64,000 nt of DNA from Octopus vulgaris. Lineage: Eukaryota. Position 1 is the first letter of the stretch, and the number at the start of each line of letters is the position of its first letter. This document shows, in pieces, positions 1 to 13,323 of the stretch. The position numbers and the translations under genes are program-made. The notes below the pieces were generated by a model, which did no database searches, had not been told where the DNA came from, and was given only the letters and a program-made list of their open reading frames with translations. The stretch is from positions 14,880,001-14,944,000 of the forward strand of contig OX597839.1 of assembly GCA_951406725.2 (NCBI GenBank), given 5' to 3'.

Positions 1-119
1 TCTCTTTCATAGAGCTGCAGTCCTAAGTAAAGCAAAGGCCAAGGCTAGCTGCCTAACACTAGGAATTTTTGTAAAGTGCTTACACCTTACCAATGATTGC
101 TGTGGTAGGCAGATATTAC

Positions 120-282
120 CTGTTAGCTTTCTAAAGAAGACTAGTGGTGGAGAAGAGGAATGACATTCTTTAGGAGACTTGGGAGCATCAAGTGGAATCA
201 ATTGGTTGATCTGCTCTAGTGGATTTTCATCCCAGGGATCAAGGTTAACTACTTCAAGGTAAACTCTATTGGTATGGAAATT
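120..282 (-). CDS. Candidate exon of an unidentified host gene
   Basis: Minus strand: ctgactgacAG|AATTTC... open frame NFHTNRVYLEVVNLDPWDENPLEQINQLIPLDAPKSPKECHSSSPPLVFFRKLT, ending CAG|GTAATA (donor-like). Lies in CpG-poor, non-repetitive sequence. Protein not recognised. Confidence 0.3.
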
Positions 283-714
283 CTGTCAGTCAGGCCTGTC
301 TGAAATGCATACAGTGACACAGTTACTCAATATTTCGCATTATTAACTACAGAATTTTGTCAAACAGCTGTTATGATTGAAATGGATCTAGGTATTAGGC
401 AAGTCCATCATGAAGTCATCTCATTGTTAGTTCCTACAAAGATCACTTTAATAGGAACTCACAATCTTTTCAATCAAAGAAATTTAGATCACATTCCTAG
501 AAGATGTAATAATGCTTATTTATTTGTTCATTTCATATGAAAGTTGGTGAGCAATAGCCTCATTGGTTACAAATTTTCCACTTGGGTAACCAATTCACTT
601 CTGATGTTGTGAATGTTAAAGCAGTATCCAACTCTATGCAAAATAAATATTGCTACAGAACTGGCTTTCTCACCAATCCTTTGACACATATGCACATATA
701 CTATCCACACTGAC

Positions 715-846
715 ATAGTTTCCATCTACCAAGTTTCATTTAAAAAGTATCAGTTAATCTAAAACTGTGGACACTTGTTCAAAGTGCTGTGCAGTACAAT
801 CAAACTCAGAACTCTGTGATTACAAAGCTATCTTTTTAACCATACA
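715..846 (-). mobile_element. Degraded SINE family A, 5' half
   Basis: Diverged reverse complement of the 5' part of the SINE at 34665-35040 (tccatctaccaa...gacacttgttcaaagtgc...ttaaccataca). Confidence 0.55.
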
Positions 847-1749
847 AGGTTCATAAAAATAATTTTCTTCAGTATAATGAAAGAAATGATATAGTCAACT
901 GATACTGAAATGGAGGGTCAATACATAATTACCATAGTTACTGTGGTCATTAAGTGGTCATAGTTACTGTAGTCATTAAGCTCAGCCAAAACATAGCTCA
1001 AAACTTAGAGGAAACAAAATTAAATATGCATTTACTTCAACCACTTAACATCACTATTATCATACTGACTATATATTATGTAATTAATAACTTATGTCCC
1101 CTTATTTTCTGAGATCAAATTGCACCAATGTCAAATGAGTCTTTCATTATTCCTGGGTTGACAGATTACCAGACAAGGACAGGACTAAATTTGAATCAAC
1201 TGCCTATGCTTCCACAAGTCTCCAAGTACATTATCATAAGAGTTAAAGGTGGGGATGGGCAAAAAAAATGAATATTGAAAAGTCGCGCTCTCTCCAGCTT
1301 TCATTCTGTATGTCTCTCGTGCTCACACACACAAAATCTATAACAGACAGAAAAGTCATATACATATCAAGTGTGACATGTTTGGGCAGTGGCTACCAAT
1401 ATAAACTGACTTGGACTGTGCTGACCTATCCAGGTGTTACTCTCATCCATATGTACACACACACAGATCCCTACGTAGAGTATCTTCATCCAGTTTGCTT
1501 CCAGTACAACTTTTGTATTAGATGTTATCCAGTGCAGAGGTTTCAAAAAAGGGCAAATGTGAAACGTAATGTAGAGAGCAGTATATAAACTTACATTTAT
1601 CATTTTTCATTATCTATCTATCTATCTATCTATCTGTAAAACAAAAAAACTTACATGCCTTTGCATTAGGAACACTTCACCTGTTCTACCAAAGCTATAC
1701 TCTCTCTCTCTCTCACACACACACACTTTATTAAATGTAAAAGTATATT

Positions 1750-2149
1750 CGGATATTTTCGGTTTGAACGGCAGTTTTTAAAAATAATTTCCACGTAACT
1801 AAACACTTTTAAACTTCGTATACAGGTAGAATGTGTTTATAAAACATCTTTTTCTCTTGGCTTTATTGAGAAAATTCTATAGTTTGTAAGATATTTGTTG
1901 TTGTTTTTTCTTCAATTTCAACCAATCAATGACGTCTATTGAGGTGAAAACATTCTGTGCCGTATGAATATCTCCCACGTTTAAGAAACAGATTAGGTTT
2001 ATTTACATTTCTGAAGAAAAAAAGATACCCCCCACCCCAACCCTAAAACGGATTGAAATGCAATAGATCGATACTAGGGTCATAATTATGGGTGACAATT
2101 TCATATGACACCGCTAGAAAAAAACTGCCGTTCAAACCGAAAAGATCCG
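1750..2149. mobile_element. MITE (~400 bp) with ~30-bp terminal inverted repeats
   Basis: Left end cggatattttcggtttgaacggcagttttt; right end aaaaactgccgttcaaaccgaaaagatccg (reverse complements, 1 mismatch). Non-coding interior. Second copy at 55841-56094. Confidence 0.85.
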
Positions 2150-2205
2150 TATATTTACATTCATATACTAAGTCCTATTTCTGTTCTATCAAACACGCAG
2201 ACTTC

Positions 2206-2242
<37 letters not shown>

Positions 2243-2246
<4 letters not shown>

Positions 2247-2379
2247 TCGACAAAAGAGACCGATAGAATAAGTACCAGGCTTACAAAGAATAGGTCCTGG
2301 GGTCGATTTGCTCGACAAAAGGCGGTGCTCCAGCATGGCCGTAGTCAAATGAGTGAAACAAGTAAAAGAGTAAAGAGAG
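2243..2379 (+). mobile_element. SINE family A, 3' part
   Basis: cggttcgacaaaagagaccgatagaataagtacc...ggtgctccagcatggccgtagtcaaatgagtgaaacaagtaaaagag; matches 34930-35040. Confidence 0.85.
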
Positions 2380-2384
2380 TAATA

Positions 2385-2422
<38 letters not shown>

Positions 2423-2485
2423 GTATATGTGTGTGTGCACAAACATGCATATATATGTGCATATATACATACATGTACATGTGTA

Positions 2486-2800
2486 TTTGTGGTCCGGAAG
2501 CTCACTTTGCAGCCACCTGGTTACAGGATCAGTTCCAAAGCAAGCCACCTTGAGCAAGTGTATTCTACTAAAGCCCTGGGTCGACCAGTGCTTTGTGAAC
2601 GAACGTGGTTGGCGGAAACTACCGGTTGTCAACCGGTGTTCCTTTGTTTACGCCATCGTAACTAGCGGTTCAGTTAGATACCACAAGAATGAGTACCAAA
2701 CTTTAAACAAATAGTGGGGTCGATTTCTTTGATTAAACCCTTCAAGGTGGTGCTCCAGTGTGACCGTAGTTCAATGAACGAGCCAAATAAAGAATAGAGT
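2486..2800 (+). mobile_element. SINE family A, diverged full-length copy
   Basis: tRNA-like head, ccaccttgagcaagtg core, agcggttcag...ggtgctccagtgtgaccgtag tail; colinear with 34665-35040. Confidence 0.75.
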
Positions 2801-3159
2801 ATATATATATTGCATACATACTTAAATGTGTGTATATGCACACAAACATTAATTTATGAATTAAAAGTTAAAATAATTTTGATCTACATTGTTGACATCG
2901 CCTCTTCTGTTTTACTGTCTCACATAATTTAACTTCTGTCGGTTTACCAATTTTGTATTTCCTACACCACTCACAACTTCTTCAGTGATACATTTCTGCG
3001 GACAACAGTTTCTTAGCACTAGGTTTAAATTTCTCATGCTCGCACAGGCACACACTCGCATACGAAAAATCACAAACGAAGCTCAGATACACAAATACTT
3101 CGTATACGTGTATCTAAATGCACATACATATGTTCTAGTGTGCTTATATTTATATACAT

Positions 3160-3383
3160 GTTTTTATATATATGCATAATGTATATAAATGCGTGTATAC
3201 GTACATATATTCAAAACATTACCCAGACATGTATAAAATGTGTACATGTATGTTTGTGTGTGTGCGCGTATATATATGTAATATGTATACGTTATGTGTA
3301 GGTAGTGTGTTGTGTATGTAATATATATATATATGTTGTGTATGTGTGTGTATATATATATATATATACACACACACACTCGT

Positions 3384-3434
<51 letters not shown>

Positions 3435-3560
3435 GTGCATCGTGTATATGTGTGTATATATATGTACGTGTGTTATGTATGTGTGCATATGTATATAGAT
3501 AGGTGTTGTGTGCGTGTATGTATATATATAATATGTGTGTGTGTGTTTTTGCGTGTGTGT
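3160..3560. repeat. Compound (TA)n/(TG)n/(TATG)n microsatellite block
   Basis: Direct reading; source of the YIYIY-type ORFs. Confidence 0.95.
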
Positions 3561-3882
3561 AATTACAAATTTACTGAAATATAAAATAACTGTCGATATA
3601 AGTTTTCTCATATACACCAACATACAAAAGTTTAACATACGCATAGTAACAGTCTAGGCATACTATGTCAGAGAAAATAGTCAGTCAGGTGTAACATAGA
3701 AAGAAAAGAAAGCCGGAAAAAAATATGCGGGGAAATACAAGATAAAGGTATCTTCCCTTGTCAACTGTTGCAGAACTGAAACGACTGAGGCGGTGAGGGG
3801 GACAAAACTTAATGAAAAGGGCAAAGGAGATGAGGTACTGTGGAGTCTGATAAACATACACGCACGCGCACAATTTGTATAA

Positions 3883-3921
<39 letters not shown>

Positions 3922-5769
3922 GTACACACACACACCCACAGAAGGTGTAGAGTTGAAGTAGGCATAAAGAAAAAGGGAATATACGAGACGCAAACATAAA
4001 GCCTAGTAATGTGTGTGCGTGTGTGTGTAGTATAACAGAAATGTACAGGTACATGCCGAGAGATGGAGGGGAAAGATTGTAGACAAAGAGATAGGTGGAG
4101 TTACTGTAATCTATATTGTTAAAGTGATAGGTATGTATACATGTATGTACAGAGAGAGAACGAGACACAGGTGACAAAGAGTGAGGTGGAGTCATGATAA
4201 TATATATATTTCAAATAAATTAATAAAAATATGAAAAAATAGTATTATGTATAGCAATGTAATAGTTTACTTACGAGGTTGATCGAATGAGCAGCGAGGT
4301 TGATCGAATGAGTAAGTCCGATCCCTATTAATAAAAGTAATAATAAGACTGTCTGGTTGGACATCTCTTAAGGTGAATGTTTTGCACTTTAGGCCTCCTT
4401 GGCCTTTCGCCCAGTTCAATATCCGTACAAAATGACCGCACAGAATCTTCCTAGAAATCCTTCATATCCAAAGATAGAAATGCTGTTTAATTTATCAGTG
4501 GAAGACAGTTGATGTCTTGTTGGTTTCATGTAACTTTTTCATAAATCTGTATCTATCTATATTTTCTCTGTTAAATAGTTTGTAATAATCCCTTAAAATC
4601 TAATCCCTGTATGTATTTATATAAAGATATGTACACCCTCTGTTTGTGTGTGTTAGTGCGTGTGTGTATATATATTTATGCTAGTGTGTGCGTATGCTAG
4701 TAGTTTATGTGCCCGCGTGAGTGAGGGCACATGAATGCATGCATTGAAATAATGTGTTTTTCTAAGTGTTCTTGCTACGGAAAAAGTTTTCGTGTTTGTG
4801 AGATGCTAACCAACCTAGACTGAAAGACTGAGGAATTACCACAGGTCGGCACTAGTGAGACAAGCAAGTAGGCGGGGGGTGTTAGAGGAAAATTGACATA
4901 AAGAAAGGCGGGGATAGGGCGGGAGAGCGTTGTATGATATAAAGTGGAAAAGGCTGTAAAAAGTAAAGCAAAGTAGTGGGTGGGGATATGTCTGTAGAGG
5001 TGGGTAACGGCATGAGTGAATGAGTAAGATATATGTATGTATGTATGTATGAAAGAGAGAGAGAAAGAGATGATATGAAGGTACTGAAGAGAAGTAAAAT
5101 ACAAAATAAATAAATCAAATAATTAATGTAAGAGGAATTTTTTTTTTAATATGGGGAGGCTGGACAGAATCGGTGAAAAAATAAGGACTACGAAAGGCAT
5201 GCGTAAAGGAGCTCGTAGTAAAAAGGAAGGGGTCATAACAGAGAGTAGTAGATAGTGATGGTGACGGCGATGGCACAAGCGAGAAACGCATTTATAGATG
5301 AGTTTGTTGGGCGAGCGCTTACTGGAATGCAGAAAGATAATGAATGCGAAGATTGATGATGACGACGACGATGGTAGCAATAAGTAATTTATAAACTTTG
5401 GTACAAGGCCATACAGTTGTGATGGATGGGTAGTGGACACTTGTCCTTTAATAACAAGTAATGTTATGTTTGTTTATGTCACTGGACGAGGAGTATACAA
5501 ATGAAACAATATTTTTTAAAAATCCTATGAGTACAGTACTATGCAGATACATAAGCCAAATAAACTGATGCTCGACCTGCTAAAAATACCCGTCATATCT
5601 CCTTCAAATTGTACACTGCATTCTTCAAAAAGACACGTTATGCTCATTATCGCAAAAAAAAAAAAACTGGATTGTCACGGCAAGAATGCATGTGTTCTCG
5701 TTGAGCGCTATGTTGAGGCTGAAAAGCAACAAACAAACAATGAGCGAGCTTCCAAGGGTAGCCCAAACT

Positions 5770-5925
5770 GCTACAATTAGCAGCTAAATAGTCCTTGAAT
5801 CACATTTGTCCGTTAAAGGATATATTAGATAATGTAGCCCTCCATTCCACAAAAAACACTGATAGTCACAGATGGAAGGCATTTATTTAATTATAGATTT
5901 GTTTGACGTAGGACTAAACAACAGC
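5770..5925 (+). repeat. Dispersed repeat family C (SINE/LINE-tail-like, ends ...ctaaacaac)
   Basis: Similar segments at ~27620-27750 (+), ~40930-41100 (-), ~50290-50470 (+) and ~50750-50930 (-), e.g. ataatgtagtcc...gatggtcac...aatgcctttga...gctaaacaac. Confidence 0.5.
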
Positions 5926-6050
5926 ATTTCAAAATATAAATAAGCACACGCACATTACACGCACACAAACTGAGCCCTACGAACTAGGTTTCTGTAAGAA
6001 GCCAACAAAGTTGCGAGGGGCCGAAGCAAACTGTTTTAGATATTTCTTTC

Positions 6051-6090
<40 letters not shown>

Positions 6091-6091
<1 letters not shown>

Positions 6092-7815
6092 GTCTGCCTT
6101 AATGGACGAGGACACAACACGGGAGAAGACGAGGCACGGCGTGTCTGCTGAATGTGACCGATCAGTCAGATGCGTGCTCGGAAAGCTCTGCTGTAGGTCG
6201 GACTGAAGGTAAAGAGTAGGTTCTGGACATGCGTATTCGCGTTATCCCGTTCTGTTCGAAGGTGGCACCTCTGTTTGTGTAGCTTCCCTAGGCAAGGCAG
6301 TCTTGTGCATAAATTTTCCAGGTGTTGGAGTTGATCTCAAAGCTTTTCAGTGAGGTTTTGAGTGTGTCTTTGAATCGCTTTTTCTTCTCACCTTGCGTGC
6401 CCTTGCCTTCCGCCAGTTCCCTGTAAAACGGTCTCTTATGGAGTCGCGTGCTAGACATTCGAACAAGCTGGCCTGCCTGATTTGCGCTCTCCTCAGCAGT
6501 GTGTAGATACTTGGCAGATCAGCTCGAGAGGAGACCTCCGTGTCTGGGACCTTGTCTTGCCAGGTGATTTTCAGTTTTCTCAGGTAGTTCATGTGGAAGC
6601 AGTTTAGCTTTTTGGTGTGGTGTTCGTAAACCGTCCAAGTCCCTCATGTATACAGAAGCGTAGCAGTACAACTGCTTTGTAGAGCTTCAACTTGGTGGTT
6701 AGCCTAATGCCTCACCTACACTGATTCACCTATCTGCCCGAATGCTGAGCTTTCCTTGGTGATTCGTGTACCAACTTCATCTTCAATGTTCACGAATCTA
6801 GAGGGTGTGCCGAGGTACGTGAACTTATCAACAGCCTTCAATGTTTCCCCTTTGATGGTGATAGTTGGTTCCTCATACGACTTCTGCGGGGCAGGTTGGT
6901 ACATAACCTCTGTCTTCTGAGTACTGATTGTGAGGTCAAAGTTGTTACAGGCAGTGGAAAAGCAGTTCATGCTCTGCTGCATCCAAGCTTCTGCGGTGGC
7001 GTTAAGTGCACAGTCATCTGAGAATGGGAAGTCGCACTCTGAGTCCTCCTCCACTTTGCTCTTGACCTGTAACCTCCGCAGGTCGAAGACACTGTCACGT
7101 GTCCCGAATGTGATCTTGATGCTGGATTCGTCGTAGTTGTAAAATGTATCTGACAGCATGGCTGAGAACATAATGCTGAACAGCATAAGTGCGAGTACAC
7201 AACCCCGCTTAACTCCTTTAGCGGTTAGAAATGCATCGGAAGAATTTCCACCGCCCAGTACTCAAGCAAGCATGCCATCCTGAAACTCTCGCACCTTACT
7301 GATGAACTTGTTCGGGCAGCCGAGCTTTCGTATGATCTTCCAAAACTCCTCACAACTGACGGTGTCAAACACCATGGTTAGGTCTGTAAGCGTTGTATTC
7401 TGTTTTTGGCACTGCTTTTGAAGTTGGCATGCAGTAAAATTCATATCGACTTCCCACAGATCTTTCTGAAGCCACACAGATACTCGTTTTCCATGTGCTA
7501 AGTTGAGGCGGTTAAGGACTCTTGCGAGTATTTTGCTAGTGATGACAAGGAGAGAATTTATTATGTGGTTGCCAAAGGACTGCCATTTTCCCTTGTAGAG
7601 ATGGACAATAGAAGCGTCCTTGAGCTTCTGAGGAACAACTTCTTGTTGTCACATGAAAGAAACTGTGTTTCTGTGCCTTCTGCTGAACCAGGAATCCTTC
7701 ATTTCTCTGAGCTTCACCTGCACCTTGCTTTTAGAGGTGTTGTAGGTTACTTTCTTGAAAGCGGATGTGTTGTCTTGCTGATAAACTCTGCAGGCTACAT
7801 GCTTCTCATCGAGAA
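6091..7815 (-). mobile_element. RTE-clade LINE, 5'-truncated, degenerate RT and C-terminus
   Basis: Translated fragments: DLTMVFDTVS..FWKI..KLGCP, FPFSDDCAL (degenerate YADD), VDKFTYLG, AFG, LKITWQDKVPDTEV...SIYTLLRRAQIR (typical RTE/BovB-like). Many frameshifts. Confidence 0.9.
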
Positions 7816-7959
7816 GCTGCTCTATGAGAAGCATGAAGCCCACAGATGATATATATACATACATAACATATGTACAGCTTTCTTCATTACAGTGTAAATA
7901 TCCATCCATTCTTTCCGCCCACTGTTTCTGTGAGGGTCGTGGTGGTAGAGACCTCAAGT

Positions 7960-9720
7960 ACCTCCTCCACAGAGTCCTGTTTGAAGCAACCGTCATTAGA
8001 TTTTATGGCTGCTTTCCCAAGCATGACCACCTACGATAATAATTATTCAACCATCCCGTTGGTCTCCTCCTGGTCGACTCGGCTTGAACAATCCGTCTTG
8101 CGATTCTTTCCTACGATATTCTAATCACGTGTTTGTAGTACCGGAGCTGTGACCTCTCAAGAAGTAGTGGCTTGACCCTGATAGATTCTTTAATCACCGA
8201 GCTAAATATTACTCAGACCCTTCGAAGAAACCCATTTCGGCTGCTTATATTTGCGATCGTACTCTTTCGGTCACCACCCAACATTCATGACCGTAGGTGA
8301 GGATAGATATAAATTGAATATAGTAAGTTTGGGTTTCTTTTCTGTTTTTTTTTGTTTGTTTTTTTTGCTTGCCAACCCCTCCTCTTCTGAGGATCATGCT
8401 GGTGCATCCAATTCAGCCTCCTGCCTCCCATCACTCGTGAATATGATCCTGTGACACTTAAGCTTCTCCACTTGTCCCAGTGATGTTTCACTAACGTGCA
8501 GAATGCACTAGGAAGACTTACTAAAGAGGACTAATCTCTCAATGATCCATGCGTTGGAGCACTCGGCTGTGCATGCTGGAGATTACCTTTTGAGGAGTCG
8601 TGTTGCAACACGTCGTTGAGAAGAACCCCAAATGAGTTCCTAATGGGAGGTGTGGAAGAGAGCTTATTGTTACGAAGTCGGCGGATGTCTCGCTAGGATA
8701 CTTCAATGGTCAATATAAAGTCGGTCTAACTTAGCCCACGAATCCTCCCGTTTTTACTGTTTCTGCCGCAACCTTTCGCGCCTCGGTGTACCCCATGCGC
8801 AAAAGAGGGTACCTGTTTCAAAGTCAAGCTTTCTAAGCTTCCATCTTTACTCGAATGGAATTTTTAAAGTCCTGACGTCACACCGAAGAAGAAACTGCTT
8901 AAAATAACGATTGCTACTCAGTTTCGATATCTTCAGTTTGTTCCTGAAAGTCTCTGAATTTGGATGCAATAGCATCGGCATATCTGTTTCTGATCTCATT
9001 ACCCACCAGAGCTTCCCACTTTATCCTATGAGTCGCACTGGATCTCGCAATTTTGTGATTTTTCCCTGCTGTAGATAGTCTCAGGTTGTAGAACACTAGG
9101 TAGTGATAAGTTGACAGCTCCGTCCTTCTCTTTCATAGAATTAAAGAGGTCCGAGGCGATAACAAATCTCTGACCTCTGTTTCAAAGCATTCCTGTACTA
9201 GGTAAGTTTATGAATATCACTATACCGGAAGAATGCTTTCAAAAAGGCGAGCCCATTTCCAACAGAGAGGTCTCGTAAGCCCACTTCATTTGCATTCAGT
9301 TCAGGGTTGCCATTCCTCGCAGTCACTTTTTTCCATGTCCGGTGATCAGTACTAATATGTGCATTGAAGTCTCCTTTTAGGACAAATGACTCAGTCCTAA
9401 CTACATCTGAAGCTGCATTTAGTACTTATACTTGTTGTTTAGTGCTTATATTTACAGCAATCACAGCAGTTGTTCTTTCAGCCTAAGCTTCAGGGGGTAA
9501 CCTCTCCCACTTTACGGGATCCACTTCACAATACAATTTGAAACCAGGGGCTTGTGAGTATCTCCTTTCCCGCCTGTGCAGACATAATGGACATCACACC
9601 TGAATAGTGGCGTTTTAACCCTCCAGCCAAATCTACGATAATAGAACCATAGAATGTTATAAAGGAGACACCGATTATATCGGGGTCACGCATCCTTTGT
9701 GCTCTCACCCTACGCCTCTA
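7960..9720 (-). mobile_element. Second RTE-clade LINE remnant (endonuclease region plus C-terminus, RT largely deleted)
   Basis: 8210-8310 reads SILTYGHECWVVTERVRSQI*AAEMGFLRR. 9350-9380 has a GDFNAH-like APE motif (ggagacttcaatgcacat on minus). ~9100 has a TYHYLV (SDH-like) motif followed by RIKWEAL. Confidence 0.75.
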
Positions 9721-9884
9721 AGAATAGGTTGCAATCTTATTGCTAGCTGTAGCGGCATTGGGTGGAGACTGCAATATATTTTCCGAACGGACCCCTCTGT
9801 CTAAGATCCGAACGCGTCCCTTGTGGTATCGTTGTTCATTCGAACCGCTTTCATATTGCTGTTTTTGGTGGTCTTATCCCATGG

Positions 9885-10150
9885 ATGTACAATGTCAGAG
9901 TGCAAGTCCGACAAGAGAAAAATTAGGCATTAGAGACATCAGTTGTAGTGTGCAGGAAAAAAGATTCGGCTGGTATGGTCATGTGACGTGGATGGATGAA
10001 GAGGTGCCGATCGCTGAATGTGAAAGGAACATGAGGAAGAGGTAGACCTAGGAAGACGAGTAACGAAGTGGTGAAGACTGACCCCAATATGCTGACCCTT
10101 TCAACAGGAGACCAAGGTGAATAGCGTTATGCTGTGCTTGAGAAGAGCCG
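9885..10150 (+). mobile_element. RTE LINE 3'-end fragment
   Basis: REKLGIRDISCSVQEKRFGWYGHVTWMDE followed by aga ggt aga cct agg aag (RGRPRK), the RTE C-terminal motif. Confidence 0.8.
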
Positions 10151-11179
10151 TCCATCTCAACAGAACTGAGACTCAGTCAAACCATCCTCCACAACTCGTT
10201 TTCTATTTTCTACTACACTGAACTGATATCCTCTACATCCGACTCATTCCCAAACTCTAACCATCTATCACACTATTTTCACTCAGTGAACTTCCTATTG
10301 TATATTATTCATGTTGTACTTGGACCTCACATATCTTTTTCTCCCCACCTCTCACCCTCTCTAGATGGGTAGACCATATATTCACTGAGGTACCTGCTTC
10401 TCACATTTTTCATAGTTTCTTTCTACAGTTTACCCCCTTCTCAGTTAAAAGGTCTTATATTGCAGGTCCTTGCGATCTCACTGGTGATTCTACCCAGGAA
10501 AGGTTCCGATATAAGTCTAGTTTTTAATGACTAGCAGAGGGGAACTCTTTGATTAAGCTGAGAAGCAGTCAAATGATGACGGACGAATTAACTAATTTTA
10601 GACAGTTTTCCTTGTTGACGTTTTATGATTGCCGTCTCACTTCAGTTGAACTGTTTTGTTAATTCTCATGCAAATTGCTTTGTATTTTTCTACACTACGG
10701 TTTTCAGGACATTTTGGTCGTCCAGATAAAAGGGAATCTTGAAAAGAAAATTTTCCACAAACGAGACTGGCCAAACCAGCGTTAGCATGTCCGTATACTT
10801 AAAACTTCATTTTTATTGACAGAATAATTCTTGCTGCTACCATTGCTAGAGATCCATTTTTGAATTCATACAGCAAACAACATCTCATATGAGACTGACC
10901 TAAGTTTATTTTAAAAGAATAAAATCAATACGAATTTAACAACTTTGGTATGAAGTGATCTGCAAAGAAAGAAAGAAAACACACAATTTAAAAATCGATA
11001 CTTATTTTAATGTAAGTCTTGAAAAAATATGTTGAAAGTGATCATGTCAAAAACGTGACAGAACCTCCTTTCTAAATTAATGTGTGTATGTACCTTTATA
11101 GAATAAATAATTTCTTATTATTTTTCACTGTTTTCATAGCGGAAACTCGCGTATTTGGTAATAGGGTGGGCATATTATT

Positions 11180-11779
11180 TGTAACGAACTTAGTGAGTGT
11201 GAATATATCTTCTCTTGTACTTTCGGGGTACAAGAAAGCAAATCACTAGCCGTTGCTTTAATAATCCAGAATTCTACTAGTCAGAAACAACAAGACGCAG
11301 ACGTAAATAATATATATACTACTTTATTCTCTTTCTTGGTAACAGTAACAATAAGTGGCTATCTGATGTCCTTGGTTCTGGGCGCGCAAGGCTGAAAGTT
11401 AATGGATTGTAATATTTACAATGTTCAGCCGCTAAAAACAGACGGGTTAAATATGGCGTCCGGAACAGGGAAGATGAATGTGGTCGGCAACAATTTGGTT
11501 AAAAGCTTTCGGCCGACTGCTATCAAAGCTGGACAGCGAGAATACACGTCTGTCTCCTTCGTCGCTGCCGTCCCAAGTCCCCGCTGCTGCTGCTAGCGGT
11601 CAAACGTTCTACGACCCCCTTGCCTTGGCTAACTACCACGTAGGCAAAAGGGTCGTGCTTCCGGTGGTTCGCGCATGCGCGAGAGGGCCCTTCCTCTCTC
11701 TTGGTGAAGGCACCAACACCACACGCGCGAAATACAAAATGGACGGTGCGCGCGCGCGCACCGTTATAGGATCACTACA
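11180..11779 (-). repeat. 3' LTR
   Basis: tgtaacg...ataggatcactaca; preceded on minus strand by purine tract GGAGGGGAG (+ strand ctcccctcc, ~11783-11792). Confidence 0.93.
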
Positions 11780-13302
11780 AGGCTCCCCTCCAGTGCGTAC
11801 GCACGAAGGAAACTTATTGTAGTGACTGCAAAACTCAAGGTGGACACCAGACTACCAAATAGCACACAATATAATAAAATGGCAAAATTATAACATACAC
11901 AAGAATTTTACTAAAGGAAAAGAGAAAAAATACTCAATGAGCAAAAATCAAGAGTGCATGCATGAAAGTGTATACGTCACAAAGTATAAACCCTTCCGCT
12001 GAAAGGAGCGGAGGGAAAGCAAAACTCACAGTTAATGAACCTAGGCGAAATTAAATCCAACTTCTCTAAAGGTAGTTGATCCTGCGAAATAGCAGTTAAA
12101 TCAATTGCTGCAGGAGAGGAAATGGAATTGACAGAAGCTCGCTAGTAACACAAAAGGCAAAAGTGCAAACATGCTGGTGTGATGCGCGACACAGATAATT
12201 TTCTGTTAATTACGTGACCAACAGTGGTCTAACAGGGAAAAATAATTACGCCTAAACATGGCGCAGCGCATGTGAACATCCGACATTCTATGAGTCGGGA
12301 AAAGAATTAAGCTAACGCAAACGTGTTGCAAAAAACAAGGCAAAACACGTGCGAAGCAAAAGGCGCATGAAATGCAATAGAGCTTGCCAGACCGAAAAAC
12401 AGCAATGAATATGCCAGTGGTTGAGCGATTATATGCTTCGTTCGTACAGGAACAAAAGTATGACATGCTGGCGCGTCATAATGGACAAACAACCCTCTCT
12501 ATGTATACGTGACCGACCTAGGGTCTATAGAAATGAAGGGTGTCCACAAAAGGCAAATTTAGCATGAAAAAAAACAAGCGAGAAAAGCATGTGTGACGTA
12601 TGTATGTGAGAGATAGCATTTATGTGTGTGTACGTGTGTGCGACAGAAATACATACAAGGTGAATGCGAGCAAAAAATAAAAAATACAGCGCATAGAAAA
12701 AATGTCAGTCAAGGCTATTTCAGACAATGGAGTTAGTTTACCAGTCTATAATAGCCTGAAGCACAATAGCAGTTCGTTCTGTAACAGAAATGTTGAAATC
12801 ACAAAATGCAGATGCCGGTTGAACACAATGTGTAGCGGTTGTAGCTTCGATGCTGTGACAGGTTAACTGGAACAGAAGAATCTCGTAGATAGACGGTGCT
12901 GTGAATCCTTGGTGTGCATATGCACATACAGCGTGCACGCTAAAGTTCCGCGAGTTGCTATGTACATCTTGTGGAGGTCGACGGTGTTGAAAGGCGACGG
13001 TGGTGGTGGCGACTGTACTGGACTTGAGACAACATCGTTCTTAGTGATGATGGCGACGAAGATAGCGACGACGTGAAGTAGAAAGACGACGATGGCGATG
13101 ACGAAGGTGGAGAAAAGGCATCGAATATATGATGGCGTCCGTCATCATGGCTGTAGAATAAGAAAGAGGCTCCTTCTACAACTGTTTGTAGTGGCCGGAA
13201 ACAAATCGTCGAAAGATGATGCGTAGAGTTAAATCGTGTTCCGACTTCGCAGAAAAACTGGATTTTTTTTTGTTGATAAGTGATCTCTGGTTTTAGACCA
13301 GA

Positions 13303-13322
13303 ATCACGTCGGGGGGTCACCA
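13303..13322 (-). promoter_or_regulatory. Primer binding site complementary to tRNA-Trp 3' end
   Basis: Minus strand TGGTGACCCCCCGACGTGAT begins 1 nt after the LTR. Animal tRNA-Trp 3' end is ...ATCACGTCGGGGTCACCA (here with two extra G). Confidence 0.85.
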
Positions 13323-13323
13323 C

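Noticed and set aside
2205-4195. Many ORFs rich in YIYI/HTHT/CVCV (also 39339-39595, 46236-46636, 47660-48015)
   Set aside because: Translations of (TA)n/(CA)n microsatellites, which lack stops.
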